Origin: a virus
IMG/VR virus record: IMGVR_UViG_3300032294_002823
Direction: 5' to 3' (one strand)
DNA length: 64,000 bases
Part shown: positions 27,579 to 37,191 of the stretch, one piece after another
How the letters are laid out: each line of letters starts with the position of its first letter
How positions within the stretch are numbered: the stretch's first letter is position 1
Program-made: the position numbers and the translations under genes
The notes under the pieces: generated by a model
Database searches by the model: none
Seen by the model: only the letters and a program-made list of their open reading frames with translations
What the model was told of the DNA's origin: nothing

Positions 27579-28424
27579 ATGTACCGTTTCTGGTTGTTGT
27601 TGTTTATTCTAGGATGTTCAGGTGAACGAACGATACTGGCACCAGTATATCCCCTCCCACCGGCTCCCGCGCCCATTTCATATACACACCCGAAATTCAT
27701 CCGCGACACCGTGTGGAATGAGGGTAACGTTGGCATGACGTTGAACTATGAATCAGACCTTGCAACTAACGGTGCTTTTCGTAAATCTTGGACTTATACA
27801 GAAGTTACGGACACTATGGAAGCAGTCCGAAAAGGTTGGAAGGCTCAGCGATTTGAGACACGGGCAGGTGATTGTTATGGTACTGATTGCTCAAGAAATC
27901 CTGTGTTTGAAAGAAATGAGTTTGCTCAGGCACACAATGAGAATCTAGAAGGGGACGAATATTGGTATGCGTGGTCCTTCTACGTTCCTGCTAATATTCC
28001 ACAAGCAGACTGGGTGTACTATGGACAGTTTCAACAACATCATAATTATGATTCCATTTGGATGTTTATGAAACGTGCTGGACAACCTTTCTGTGCCGTC
28101 TTTGATTGGGCACGAAACAAAAATTGGAGTTGCACAAACAAAAATCATCAACTAATAGATGACTATTCATTTGCTGGGCGATGGCATGATATTCTAGTAC
28201 ATGCCAAATGGACTACAAAAAATGACGGATTTACACGGATTTATGTGGATGGAAATTTAGTTGTAGATTATACTGGGTATACTAGAACAGTAGAAAATAG
28301 TGGTGTGTATTTTAAATACGGGATTTATCGGCCTGGTTCTTCCGCTAATACAGTAGTATATTATGATGAAATTCGTCGCGGAAAAACGCGGGAAGCGGTA
28401 GATATTCGACTCTTAGAAAAATAA
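27579..28424 (+). CDS. Lipoprotein, polysaccharide lyase-like beta-jelly-roll
   Basis: ILGC lipobox; ERNE, EYWYAWSFYVP, QF, G-WHD, YFKYGIYR, VYYDE. Confidence 0.8.
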   Translation: MYRFWLLLFILGCSGERTILAPVYPLPPAPAPISYTHPKFIRDTVWNEGNVGMTLNYESDLATNGAFRKSWTYTEVTDTMEAVRKGWKAQRFETRAGDCYGTDCSRNPVFERNEFAQAHNENLEGDEYWYAWSFYVPANIPQADWVYYGQFQQHHNYDSIWMFMKRAGQPFCAVFDWARNKNWSCTNKNHQLIDDYSFAGRWHDILVHAKWTTKNDGFTRIYVDGNLVVDYTGYTRTVENSGVYFKYGIYRPGSSANTVVYYDEIRRGKTREAVDIRLLEK

Positions 28425-28427
28425 GGA

Positions 28428-28498
28428 TATAAATACTTCTGTAGTAAAATTGAACCCTGTGAGTAGTCTTTTTATATAATACTAAACTCACGGGGTTT
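28428..28498 (+). promoter_or_regulatory. Late promoter followed by long 5' leader hairpin
   Basis: TATAAATA 28428-28435; AACCCTGTGAGT...ACTCACGGGGTT stem 28452-28498. Confidence 0.6.
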
Positions 28499-28520
28499 CC
28501 CGTACCTATAGGAGAAGAAC

Positions 28521-29003
28521 GTGATGCCTACATTTTTGGGTGTCATTATGTCTGGTTTATTAGTAACATTACCTGTGAATCAACAAAAGGAAATCTTTGT
28601 TGAGAAAGTGGAAAATAAAGTACAAATTGGCGCCATTGCAGGCAACAGAAATTTAGAGTTTGGCGTCAAAAACATTCTAGAAGAAGTATTGTTGGAAAAG
28701 GAGTATGGATTGAATCCTAATGCTCCATTGAAAGTGAAAGTGGACATCATCTATTTGGATGTGTTGACCACAAAGAAAAACATCTCAGTATTTCATAAGA
28801 ATAGTGAAGAAGTCGTTATACGAATGAAAGGTGTATTGACACAAAACGGAAAAAAGATAAAGGAAGTTGTCGTAGAAGAAGGTTCTGCGGAAATCTCCAT
28901 GTCAACACTCATCATTGATAATGGCGGTAAGTTCAATCAAACGAGCTTGAGTAATGCCTTGAAGAAGGCCAGCGTTGCTCTCATCACTAAACTTACGGAG
29001 TAA
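28521..29003 (+). CDS. Secreted alpha/beta protein (CsgG/LptE/TolB-N-like)
   Basis: Hydrophobic N-terminus; GVKNILEE and KFNQTSLSNALKKA resemble the CsgG-like protein at 32021. Confidence 0.55.
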   Translation: MMPTFLGVIMSGLLVTLPVNQQKEIFVEKVENKVQIGAIAGNRNLEFGVKNILEEVLLEKEYGLNPNAPLKVKVDIIYLDVLTTKKNISVFHKNSEEVVIRMKGVLTQNGKKIKEVVVEEGSAEISMSTLIIDNGGKFNQTSLSNALKKASVALITKLTE

Positions 29004-29004
29004 T

Positions 29005-30729
29005 ATGAGACACTTTTTAGCAGCAGTATTACTGCTTTCACCCATCTCACTCATGGCACAACCTGCCTTGTGGTGGGATCGTAACGTAATAACAACCGAT
29101 GTGAATGGTGGTCCCATCGCAAAAGATGACACCATTGCCGTTGAAGTGAAATTAAATCCCAATGGAACCACTATTCGTTCTGTATTCTTTGATTTTCAAC
29201 ATCAAATGAATGCCATATCATTGATTGATGTGCAACGAGATGTAGGTATTCCTGCCGCGGCAACATTTAGTTACACAAACAATTATTATCCCAATTGTCG
29301 TTTCAATCGTACCGCGAATAACACGACCAATAACGGGTGGAACAATTACATGAATGCCCAATATACATGTAATTCTACAACAGTTCCTCACCATGCCATT
29401 AATCGTATTCATGTAAGTGTGGCGAGTGCACAAAATCTTGCCCATGCCAGTTACATCAGAATGCGTTTCCGTGTCACCAACGTTGCTGCCGGATTCCCAT
29501 ACGATTCCATCTACATGAACTTTGCCATTGGGTACGATGCTGCCGGCGGCACCATGACCAATACAGTAAATACTCCTGATGGACACGGTGGGAAGGGTGT
29601 ATGGATACAACTTGCCCCAGGCGCCAATAATTTATTAACAGGTACAGTACGTCACGGTACCAATGTATCAACAGGATTACAAGGTATGATGCGTTTGTCC
29701 GTCACAGACACCGCAGCACAACCCACAGAAGTTACAAATGCAGTAGTAGGCGGTACGGGAAACTTTGGCTTTGGTCAGCAATTACAACCAACTACGTGGT
29801 ATAGAATGCGCTTGATGGTACCCGCGGATAGTATCGCGGCATTGAGTCGCGCCAGTGTCACGGTATCTGATTACACCGCTGCTGTGCAAGAATGGATTAC
29901 ACAAAATCTCGACAAGACATTTAAAAATCAAAATATTGACCGTGGTATCAAATATTGGGCAGCAGATGCCAATAATAACGGAGAATTTGATGGTGGCGAT
30001 TTGCAACGCATCTTCAATGCAGTGGCAGGGTTAGATACATTGTTGAAGGCGCCAGCAGGATGTTCAGGGACATGTATGGTGTCTGTCCCCACCATCCGCG
30101 GTGAAACCTATGACTCATTGGGATTTGCTTCATGGCGAACATTTACAAATCCTTCCTTCACACAACTCCAAACGAGTACAGTGGATCAAAACGTGACATT
30201 GAAATATGTGTTACGTGGTGATGTGAATTTATCACATTCATCACCCGCTGCGGCAGCACAACAAGCAGCATTTAGAATGGGTAATTTCATTGTCCCAGGG
30301 GCAAGTAGTATTGATGTCAACTTGAACAATGTCATTGTCACTGGCAATAAACTCAGTGTTCCATTCAATGTTGATACCAAGAATTTAAAATTGTCAGGAT
30401 TACAATTTGAAGTAAAATATGATCCTACAAAAGTAAAATTTGAAAAATTAGAAGTGAATACTCCAAGTTGGATTTCCTTCGTGAATGATGACAAGGGTGT
30501 GATTCGTTTTGGTGCACTTGACCGTGATTTTAAAAATTTCATGTCAGGCAATGCGTTGGTTCCCTTTAAATTGGAATTCAGTTCTGTGCAAGCAGGTGTG
30601 GATTTAAATTCAACTGTACAAATTCATCCCACGATGGATGCCGCAGACGATAAAGGTAAGCAAGTAGGAATCAATTTCAATACCACCACCATCAAGTTGA
30701 TTGGTGCCAACTTCTTTAAAAAGCCATGA
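29005..30729 (+). CDS. Secreted protein with cohesin-like domains and dockerin-like EF loops
   Basis: Signal peptide (LMA-Q); SGLQFEVKYDPTKVKF; AADANNNGEFDGGD and GDVN. Confidence 0.6.
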   Translation: MRHFLAAVLLLSPISLMAQPALWWDRNVITTDVNGGPIAKDDTIAVEVKLNPNGTTIRSVFFDFQHQMNAISLIDVQRDVGIPAAATFSYTNNYYPNCRFNRTANNTTNNGWNNYMNAQYTCNSTTVPHHAINRIHVSVASAQNLAHASYIRMRFRVTNVAAGFPYDSIYMNFAIGYDAAGGTMTNTVNTPDGHGGKGVWIQLAPGANNLLTGTVRHGTNVSTGLQGMMRLSVTDTAAQPTEVTNAVVGGTGNFGFGQQLQPTTWYRMRLMVPADSIAALSRASVTVSDYTAAVQEWITQNLDKTFKNQNIDRGIKYWAADANNNGEFDGGDLQRIFNAVAGLDTLLKAPAGCSGTCMVSVPTIRGETYDSLGFASWRTFTNPSFTQLQTSTVDQNVTLKYVLRGDVNLSHSSPAAAAQQAAFRMGNFIVPGASSIDVNLNNVIVTGNKLSVPFNVDTKNLKLSGLQFEVKYDPTKVKFEKLEVNTPSWISFVNDDKGVIRFGALDRDFKNFMSGNALVPFKLEFSSVQAGVDLNSTVQIHPTMDAADDKGKQVGINFNTTTIKLIGANFFKKP

Positions 30730-31118
30730 AAAAAATTCTCACGTATTCATTACTCGTAGCAACTGTTGGATGTAATCATACTGATTTCCCAACAACCCCC
30801 GTCGTCGTTGGCGGCGGGGAAACAGGATCAGAGGTTTCGTTGGGGGTTGCCTCAACCTTACTAAGTATATCCTCAATATCCAGTCCTGTCACACCTGGTC
30901 CGTTTACTATTGGAGTAAATGTCACCCCAGGCGCAACATATAGTTTTCAATTAACACACATCAATGGGGCAGTACTTCATAATCATGGCTTTACCGCAAC
31001 ACAAGCAAACATGAGTATTGCATTAGATTATTCTACAATTCCCGTAGGTGCCTATGATTTAATACTTATGGACAACACAGGTCGGTTATTGAAAGTAGCC
31101 GTTATCATTCAACGTTAA
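30726..31118 (+). CDS. Lipoprotein with Ig-like C-terminal domain
   Basis: VGC lipobox; LDYSTIPVGAYDLIL resembles FlgD-Ig/sorting-domain folds. Confidence 0.6.
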   Translation: MKKILTYSLLVATVGCNHTDFPTTPVVVGGGETGSEVSLGVASTLLSISSISSPVTPGPFTIGVNVTPGATYSFQLTHINGAVLHNHGFTATQANMSIALDYSTIPVGAYDLILMDNTGRLLKVAVIIQR

Positions 31119-31130
31119 CTAGGAGAACAC

Positions 31131-31418
31131 ATGTCAGAAGAATCAGGTGGAAGTGGATTAAAGAATGCCATCATTGGTTTAGTTACTATCATTGTAACAG
31201 CCATTGCCGGCGTTATCGGTAAGAACATCATGGGTGGAGATGAAGCAGCCGCTCCTGCGCCTGCCGCAGCAGCAGCCCCTGTCATCAATCTCAACCTCGA
31301 AAACAACAACACAGTAAAGGGTGGATCAGCTGGTGGCGCATCAGCTCCTGCTGCAGCACCCGCACCAAAGCCAGCACCTAAGAAGGATGACTGGGCAAAA
31401 GCTGAACCTAAGTGGTAA
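31131..31418 (+). CDS. Single-TM Ala/Pro-rich protein
   Basis: TM followed by APAPAAAAAP low-complexity segment. Confidence 0.75.
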   Translation: MSEESGGSGLKNAIIGLVTIIVTAIAGVIGKNIMGGDEAAAPAPAAAAAPVINLNLENNNTVKGGSAGGASAPAAAPAPKPAPKKDDWAKAEPKW

Positions 31419-31424
31419 TTGATT

Positions 31425-31742
31425 ATGAAATCTGAGGAAATTAATCAAGAAAGTAAGTTTAGTCAATTACTCAATCAAACCATGTCCCGTCGTTGGGGCA
31501 TCACAGCCATCGTATTAACAACATTTCTATTCATTGCCATTGGTATTGCCATGGCCATTGAAAGTAAGTCTGTATTGGATCAAGAATGGAAGGAAATTCT
31601 TCTTCTTATGTTGGGCGCCTTTATCGGTAGTTACGGCAAGATTATTGACTACTGGTTCTCAGACACCGACAAGGACAAGATGTTAGTACAAAAGATGGAT
31701 GAAGAAGATGGCACATCACTTTCAAACACATTAGGTGGATAA
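31425..31742 (+). CDS. Two-TM membrane protein (holin-like)
   Basis: Two TMs; KEILLLMLGAFIGSYGKIIDYWF. Confidence 0.65.
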   Translation: MKSEEINQESKFSQLLNQTMSRRWGITAIVLTTFLFIAIGIAMAIESKSVLDQEWKEILLLMLGAFIGSYGKIIDYWFSDTDKDKMLVQKMDEEDGTSLSNTLGG

Positions 31743-32031
31743 CATGGACGCCAAGAAAGTACAACAAACAATTTTCAGTAAGTTTGCTGAAATCTTTAAA
31801 GATAGTAATCATTTCAATGAAAAGACCATCATTGGTTTCATGGCGTTTGCTGTCATGACATTGTATTCTGCCACTGATATCATCACAGGTATCTGGGGTA
31901 TCAAGTTGGAAATTCATGAATTTGTGTATAACTCATTCATGTACATCACCTTAGGCTCATTTGGTATTGCTGGGTTAGAAAAGTTCTCTCCCTCAACTGT
32001 GAAGAAGGTAGAATCCGCCCATGATGAATGA
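31735..32031 (+). CDS. Two-TM membrane protein (holin-like)
   Basis: NEKTIIGF TM ... ITLGSFGIAGLEK. Confidence 0.65.
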   Translation: MDNMDAKKVQQTIFSKFAEIFKDSNHFNEKTIIGFMAFAVMTLYSATDIITGIWGIKLEIHEFVYNSFMYITLGSFGIAGLEKFSPSTVKKVESAHDE

Positions 32032-32788
32032 AATTAAAGGTTTTATAAAAAATTTTAGTTTATTGATGTGGGCAGCAATCATCATCACAGCAATTGCAGT
32101 ATTTCCTGTTATTGTATCAGCCCAAGTAGTTGGATCAACTAAAACAGAAGAATATCGTGCATCTTTCGAAAAAAAGACAGACATCAGTGCTCTAATGGAT
32201 TATGATGGTCCAAAGATTCCTATTCAATTATTAAGTTTAGGTATCAGCGAAGAAGTATATGCCATGTATCCTGAATTGAAAGACAAGCGTGTAGGACTTG
32301 GCGTTACTAATATCGTTGTAGAATTCTTGGAAGAAACAAATCGTTTCACCTTCACGGAAGATAAGACAGAAATCAAGAATCGTATGGTGAAGCAGTTCCA
32401 AGCATCACAATCAGGTATCACTGAAAACAAGTTGGATGGTCGAGGCAAGATTAAGTTGGCACGTTATTTTGCCTATATCGAAGTATATGATTTCTCAGTC
32501 TCAGAAGATGAAACTGTGAATTTGAAGGATGGTATTAAAAACAAAGTTGTGACGCGCCTAGGTCTTCAAGTAAAATTTGTGGACGCTGAAACAGGTGAAT
32601 ATTTCACAGGTTCAGGATTAGGAACTGCCACAACGGTGCGTGAATTAACGCTGATGAATGATGATAACTTTAGCGATGTGAAGTTCAATCAAAGTACCAT
32701 CGGTACATCAACCAAGAAGGCATTGGAAGATGCATCAGCGAAAATTCTAACTCGTATGATTAAGAAAGGCCTCTTTAAAGGTGAGTGA
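32021..32788 (+). CDS. CsgG/HfaB-like curli assembly/transport protein
   Basis: Signal peptide; YDGPKIPI, GLGV-NI--E-L--TNRF, LQVKFVDAETGE---GSG-G. Confidence 0.7.
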   Translation: MMNEIKGFIKNFSLLMWAAIIITAIAVFPVIVSAQVVGSTKTEEYRASFEKKTDISALMDYDGPKIPIQLLSLGISEEVYAMYPELKDKRVGLGVTNIVVEFLEETNRFTFTEDKTEIKNRMVKQFQASQSGITENKLDGRGKIKLARYFAYIEVYDFSVSEDETVNLKDGIKNKVVTRLGLQVKFVDAETGEYFTGSGLGTATTVRELTLMNDDNFSDVKFNQSTIGTSTKKALEDASAKILTRMIKKGLFKGE

Positions 32789-32791
32789 ACT

Positions 32792-33028
32792 ATGGACCCG
32801 TTTATAGGTGAAATTCGATTACTGCCATTTGCATATTGTCCAGCTGATTGGCATGTGTGTGATGGTAGTAGATTACCAGTACAACAGTATCAAGCATTAT
32901 ATTCCTTATTAGGTGACCGATTTGGTCCTTATGATGGGGTGAAAACATTTGCGTTGCCGAAAATGGATGCACCTGCAAATATGAAATATTGCATTGCCTT
33001 AGTCGGCATTTATCCCCCAAGAGATTGA
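32792..33028 (+). CDS. Stand-alone phage tail collar domain protein
   Basis: DPFIGEIRL...CDG--L---QYQALYSLLG-R-G-DG--TFALP...CIAL-GIYP. Confidence 0.85.
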   Translation: MDPFIGEIRLLPFAYCPADWHVCDGSRLPVQQYQALYSLLGDRFGPYDGVKTFALPKMDAPANMKYCIALVGIYPPRD

Positions 33029-33029
33029 T

Positions 33030-33647
33030 ATGAAAAAATTGTTATTGTTGCTGTGTGCCTGTACCTTCCCCGTACAGGCACAGGATACGGTTCGGGTGAA
33101 GCATAGCAATTATGACGCTGTGTTTTCCAAGAGTAAAAAGTATCCCGTGTTAGTTGAATGGTGGGTGACCACAAAGAAAATTCAATGCACAAATCCTGTA
33201 AAACGAAACGATAAGTTTCTCCCTGATCCCGCACTCCCAGTAGATAGCGATATCAGTGACGATTACGTGGGGTCAGGATTTGATAGAGGACATTTATCTC
33301 CTGCCGCAGACAATGTATGTAATGGTCCTGTCATCATGGCAGAGAGCTTCTATTTCACAAACATGGCACCTCAATATCCCGGATTGAATCGTGGGCAATG
33401 GAAAGCCTTGGAAGAACATATCCGTAAATTAGCGTTAACACATGATAGTGTGTTTGTGCAAGCAGGTTGTGTGGGTGTTCGTCAACAAATTAAACGTGTT
33501 GCTGTTCCTACACATTGCTGGAAAATTGTGGAAGTTCGTGCCACAAAAGAAGTCACCGCCTATGTGTTTGAAAATGTTCCTGTGAAAACTCAATCCATTA
33601 CATCACATATCGTATCTAAGGATAGTGTGATGAAAATTAGAAAATGA
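33030..33647 (+). CDS. Secreted DNA/RNA non-specific endonuclease (NucA-like)
   Basis: Signal peptide; DRGHL-PAAD; ESFYFTNM-PQ---LNRG-W--LE. Confidence 0.92.
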   Translation: MKKLLLLLCACTFPVQAQDTVRVKHSNYDAVFSKSKKYPVLVEWWVTTKKIQCTNPVKRNDKFLPDPALPVDSDISDDYVGSGFDRGHLSPAADNVCNGPVIMAESFYFTNMAPQYPGLNRGQWKALEEHIRKLALTHDSVFVQAGCVGVRQQIKRVAVPTHCWKIVEVRATKEVTAYVFENVPVKTQSITSHIVSKDSVMKIRK

Positions 33648-35179
33648 AAAAATTTCTATTAGTGGCATTGTTATGCCTATTACCCGTCAAGGTTGATGCT
33701 CAAGTTGTTGTACAAACTTGGTTGGATCCTTGTACGGGTGTAGCACAAACCGCAACGTTCCCATTGGGTAATGTTGGGGTAACAGTGGTATTTCGAAATC
33801 AAGCCAAAGTGTTCACGGCACAGCAGGCAGCTGCTGGTGAATTAATGACATGGATTAATCAATTAATTATGAGTACTCCATGTCCCGTTACAAACAATCC
33901 TGTTGTACAACAAGCCGCCACACAGGCAGCAACACAAGCCGCTGCGGCGGCTGCTACAGCAGCGGCAAGTGCTGCAGCATCAAGTGCGGCCTCATCGGCG
34001 GCTTCGAGTGCCGCATCTAGTGCAGCGTCATCGGCAGCATCAAGTGCGGCATCAGGAGCGGCAAGTAGCTCTGCTAGTTCTGCTGCCTCAGGCGCCGCAT
34101 CAAGTGCCGCAACTTCAGCAGCACCTACAGCACCGCCCCCAACTCCGGCGGCACCTAAGCCTGACGCTCCGGCACCTAGTAGCTCATCATCAGGTGGTTC
34201 TTCGTCAAGTAGTTCATCATCAAGCAGTTCCAGTAGTTCAAGTGGTGAAACCAAGACGGAAACCAAAGCAGAGGCAAAGTCAGAAAGTAGTTCAGAGAGT
34301 AAATCAGAAAGCAAGTCAGAAAGTAAATCCGAAGAAAGCAAATCGGAAAGTAAATCGGAAGAAAAATCCGAAGAGAAAAAAGAAGAAAAGAAAGAAGATA
34401 AAAAGGATGAAAAGAAAAAGAATGAGGCACGGGTCAATCCTCTTATGGTGGCATCCGACTTAACCACAGGACAAGACCCCACGGGTGGTATATCACAAAT
34501 TATTACTGTGGGTGTCTCGCAATCCTCATTGGCAGGGGACAAGAGTTATGGTGCCACCACGATGTTGTGGTCTACATTAGACCAAGGTGCCTTGTCATTG
34601 TCCTATACCAAGATGAGTTTCAAAAAAGGAAAATTAACCACGATTCATTCATTTGGTAGTACCAGTGCCTATTTAAAAGGTACATTGATGCAAATGACGG
34701 GGTATACTTGGGTGAAACCCAATCCTAAATATGGTGTATATGGTGTCAGTTTAGGTGCCATTGGATTGTTCATACCCAATGGACAACGTAATGTCGTCAC
34801 GGATAGTACAGAAATTCGTCGTATTTTCTTTGATAAATATCAAGTACCATTAACCTATATGCCTGATAGTTTAGTTGTACAGACACATGGGTATAATGCA
34901 AGTTGGGCAACATCGGCAGTGGCATTTTGGATGCATCCACCCATCATCATAAATCCTCGGGTAACAGTCACCCCGCAAGTATTTTTAATGGGCAGTCCTG
35001 TGGCATATAGTTCCTTGACAGGACTCACAACAAACACAGATGTTAGCATGATGTTAGGTAGTGGGTGGGATTATAAATTGTCACGCCGCTTTGGTGTGAC
35101 AGCAGCACATCGCGTCATGATTACACCTAAACAAAAACCTCTAAACTTCTTACTGATTGGCTCACGGGTAACGTTATGA
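33644..35179 (+). CDS. Secreted protein with Ala/Ser/Glu/Lys low-complexity linker and putative C-terminal beta-barrel
   Basis: Signal peptide (VDA-Q); (SSAA)n, poly-Ser and (SESK)n tracts; amphipathic beta strands to the C-terminus. Confidence 0.65.
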   Translation: MKKFLLVALLCLLPVKVDAQVVVQTWLDPCTGVAQTATFPLGNVGVTVVFRNQAKVFTAQQAAAGELMTWINQLIMSTPCPVTNNPVVQQAATQAATQAAAAAATAAASAAASSAASSAASSAASSAASSAASSAASGAASSSASSAASGAASSAATSAAPTAPPPTPAAPKPDAPAPSSSSSGGSSSSSSSSSSSSSSSGETKTETKAEAKSESSSESKSESKSESKSEESKSESKSEEKSEEKKEEKKEDKKDEKKKNEARVNPLMVASDLTTGQDPTGGISQIITVGVSQSSLAGDKSYGATTMLWSTLDQGALSLSYTKMSFKKGKLTTIHSFGSTSAYLKGTLMQMTGYTWVKPNPKYGVYGVSLGAIGLFIPNGQRNVVTDSTEIRRIFFDKYQVPLTYMPDSLVVQTHGYNASWATSAVAFWMHPPIIINPRVTVTPQVFLMGSPVAYSSLTGLTTNTDVSMMLGSGWDYKLSRRFGVTAAHRVMITPKQKPLNFLLIGSRVTL

Positions 35180-35952
35180 TTTCTGAAAAAACATTAATAG
35201 AACAAAGTGCATTTTTCGCAAACCTTAGTAGTTGTGTATATAAAGATTTAGCCTTCATGCGTGTGAACTTTGAAGGGTTTAAAGTTGTGTATCATGGTCA
35301 TAAAGGTGCCGACGCTTTCACATTGGAAGATGATAACAATTTCATCGTTGCCTGTCGTGGCACAGAAGTAAAACAATTCTCTGATGTGAAAGCCGATTTA
35401 AGTATTTCCAAAACCACAGTGGCGCATGGTAAATTACATATTGGGTTCAATCATTATGTTGATAAAATTTGGCAACCCATCATGTCACTCGCCCAACACA
35501 CGCAGAAAAAAGTTTGGTTCACAGGACATAGTTTAGGTGCCGCAATGGCTACCATTATGGCGTATCGGTTCGCCACAGATGACATACTCCCAAACCCAGC
35601 AGGATTATTCACATATGGAAGTCCTCGTGTGGGAAATCGTACATTCATTAATTACTTCAATACATTACCTTTCCCACATCATCGGTGGGTGAATGATGGT
35701 GATATTGTCACGAAGATTCCCTTTGCTCCGTGGTTCTACCACTGTGGTACAATGCATCATATTGATGAATCAGGATATGTCACACCCTTTTACGAAAAGG
35801 CATCATTGGGATATCGGATTATGCGTGTGATAAAGAGTCGCGGTGTGTTTCGCATGTTATGGCAAGATACTCAGGATCATAGTTCCGAATTATATCGAAA
35901 TTATCTTGCTCTCGCAGAAAAGTTCCCCATCATGGAGAATTCCACTCTGTAG
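35176..35952 (+). CDS. Lipase class 3
   Basis: RGT, H-GF, TGHSLGAA, TYGSPRVGN, DIVTKIP. Confidence 0.92.
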   Translation: MISEKTLIEQSAFFANLSSCVYKDLAFMRVNFEGFKVVYHGHKGADAFTLEDDNNFIVACRGTEVKQFSDVKADLSISKTTVAHGKLHIGFNHYVDKIWQPIMSLAQHTQKKVWFTGHSLGAAMATIMAYRFATDDILPNPAGLFTYGSPRVGNRTFINYFNTLPFPHHRWVNDGDIVTKIPFAPWFYHCGTMHHIDESGYVTPFYEKASLGYRIMRVIKSRGVFRMLWQDTQDHSSELYRNYLALAEKFPIMENSTL

Positions 35953-35960
35953 AGATGCTG

Positions 35961-36023
35961 TAAGTTGTTGATTTATAAGCACTTAGACAGGGACTTGACA
36001 AATGGTCCCTGTCGTGCTATATT
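35961..36023 (+). promoter_or_regulatory. Inverted repeat plus early promoter element
   Basis: TAAGT...ACTTA, then TTGACA(35995)-N17-TATATT; -35 box flanked by GACAGGGAC/GTCCCTGTC. Confidence 0.75.
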
Positions 36024-36049
36024 TCATATATAACTTCACAGGAGATGAT

Positions 36050-36364
36050 ATGAACACGGATTTGCTCATTCAAGAGTATCTTGACGTTCTCATTCAGGCG
36101 GTGAACAAGTATTACGCCAAGTATTATCCCAATCTGGAGCCCGATAAGTATTACATCATGAAGGGACGCAAGTATCACCGTGTGGTGTCGGCAGGCAAGC
36201 ATGGAAATCGGTCGGTTCATGCCTTTGTGGGTGAGGATGGTATGCTCTACAAGGCGGCAGGATGGGCGGCGCCCGCCAAGGATGCGCGGTACAATCTTGC
36301 CACAGACATGGACGTTCTTCGGGAACGTATTGATCCCCACGGCGGCTATCTCTATAAGCGGTAA
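36050..36364 (+). CDS. Conserved hypothetical early protein
   Basis: GRKY-RV...SVHAFV--DG--YKAAGW-APAK--RYN. Confidence 0.8.
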   Translation: MNTDLLIQEYLDVLIQAVNKYYAKYYPNLEPDKYYIMKGRKYHRVVSAGKHGNRSVHAFVGEDGMLYKAAGWAAPAKDARYNLATDMDVLRERIDPHGGYLYKR

Positions 36365-36369
36365 TCATC

Positions 36370-36639
36370 ATGCCCATTGACATCATCAGCATCCATGCTC
36401 CTGCCATTACCACACTACGTGGAAAGACCTGGGTGGTGCCGAATTGGGTTGAAGTGCCTCAGGGTACCACATTACAGGACATTTGCTGGATTCGTCCCGC
36501 GGAACCAAAAAGTAATAAGACCACGAAGCATGTAGGTAAATATCTCATCACCATTTATGATTCAGGAACCGTGACATGCGATTGTCCAGGATTTACATTT
36601 CGGAAAAAGTGCAAGCATTCCGCCGAATATTTAACATGA
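36370..36639 (+). CDS. SWIM zinc-finger protein
   Basis: CDCPGFTFRKKCKH. Confidence 0.8.
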   Translation: MPIDIISIHAPAITTLRGKTWVVPNWVEVPQGTTLQDICWIRPAEPKSNKTTKHVGKYLITIYDSGTVTCDCPGFTFRKKCKHSAEYLT

Positions 36640-36824
36640 AGCGCACATTTCGCAAAGTGAGACATCGGGTGGATGGCATGTTCATTGCCCGACAAATCCG
36701 AAAAACGGAAGTGTGTGTACAATGTCAGGTTGACACAGGTGTCCCCGTGGGGCTTGACATTTCAGAGCGATTGTTTTATGTTACAGGTGTCGGGCAACTC
36801 TGCCATGATTGTTATCTACCATAG
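36636..36824 (+). CDS. Small zinc-finger protein
   Basis: CVQC...YVTGVGQLCHDC. Confidence 0.65.
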   Translation: MKRTFRKVRHRVDGMFIARQIRKTEVCVQCQVDTGVPVGLDISERLFYVTGVGQLCHDCYLP

Positions 36825-36827
36825 GAG

Positions 36828-37082
36828 ATGAACATGCTTGTTAAGACGAACGACCTCAAGAAGGGTGACCGTGTGTTGCTGCGAAATGGGTGGTATGCCA
36901 CAATTCAGGATAATCGCAAGGGTGATGTCCGCGTGGCCACGGTGGAAGGAGTATATACGGAAACGGGTAGCGTCTATGCTCATGACATCATTGAGGCACA
37001 CATTGCCGATGCCTGGGTCACCATTTCACACACGCCCAAGCAACAGCAGTTGCAGCAGCGCGTGACACATTGGGGGTTCTGA
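36828..37082 (+). CDS. Hypothetical protein
   Basis: AGGAG SD; TNDLKKG...GSVYAHDI. Confidence 0.7.
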   Translation: MNMLVKTNDLKKGDRVLLRNGWYATIQDNRKGDVRVATVEGVYTETGSVYAHDIIEAHIADAWVTISHTPKQQQLQQRVTHWGF

Positions 37083-37191
37083 TGCGAAATAAGGACAAGG
37101 GAGGTTGGTGGGGACTCGCCGTGTTTGCCGCGGGAATGCTCATCATGGGCATTCACAAGGTCATCTCCGAGATGCTGGAGGATGATGAGTA

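Noticed and set aside
33859-34542. Long antisense and alternate-frame ORFs over the low-complexity gene (also 26018-26494, 2260-3177, 42983-43498)
   Set aside because: Shadow ORFs caused by codon bias of the real + strand genes; no SD or motifs
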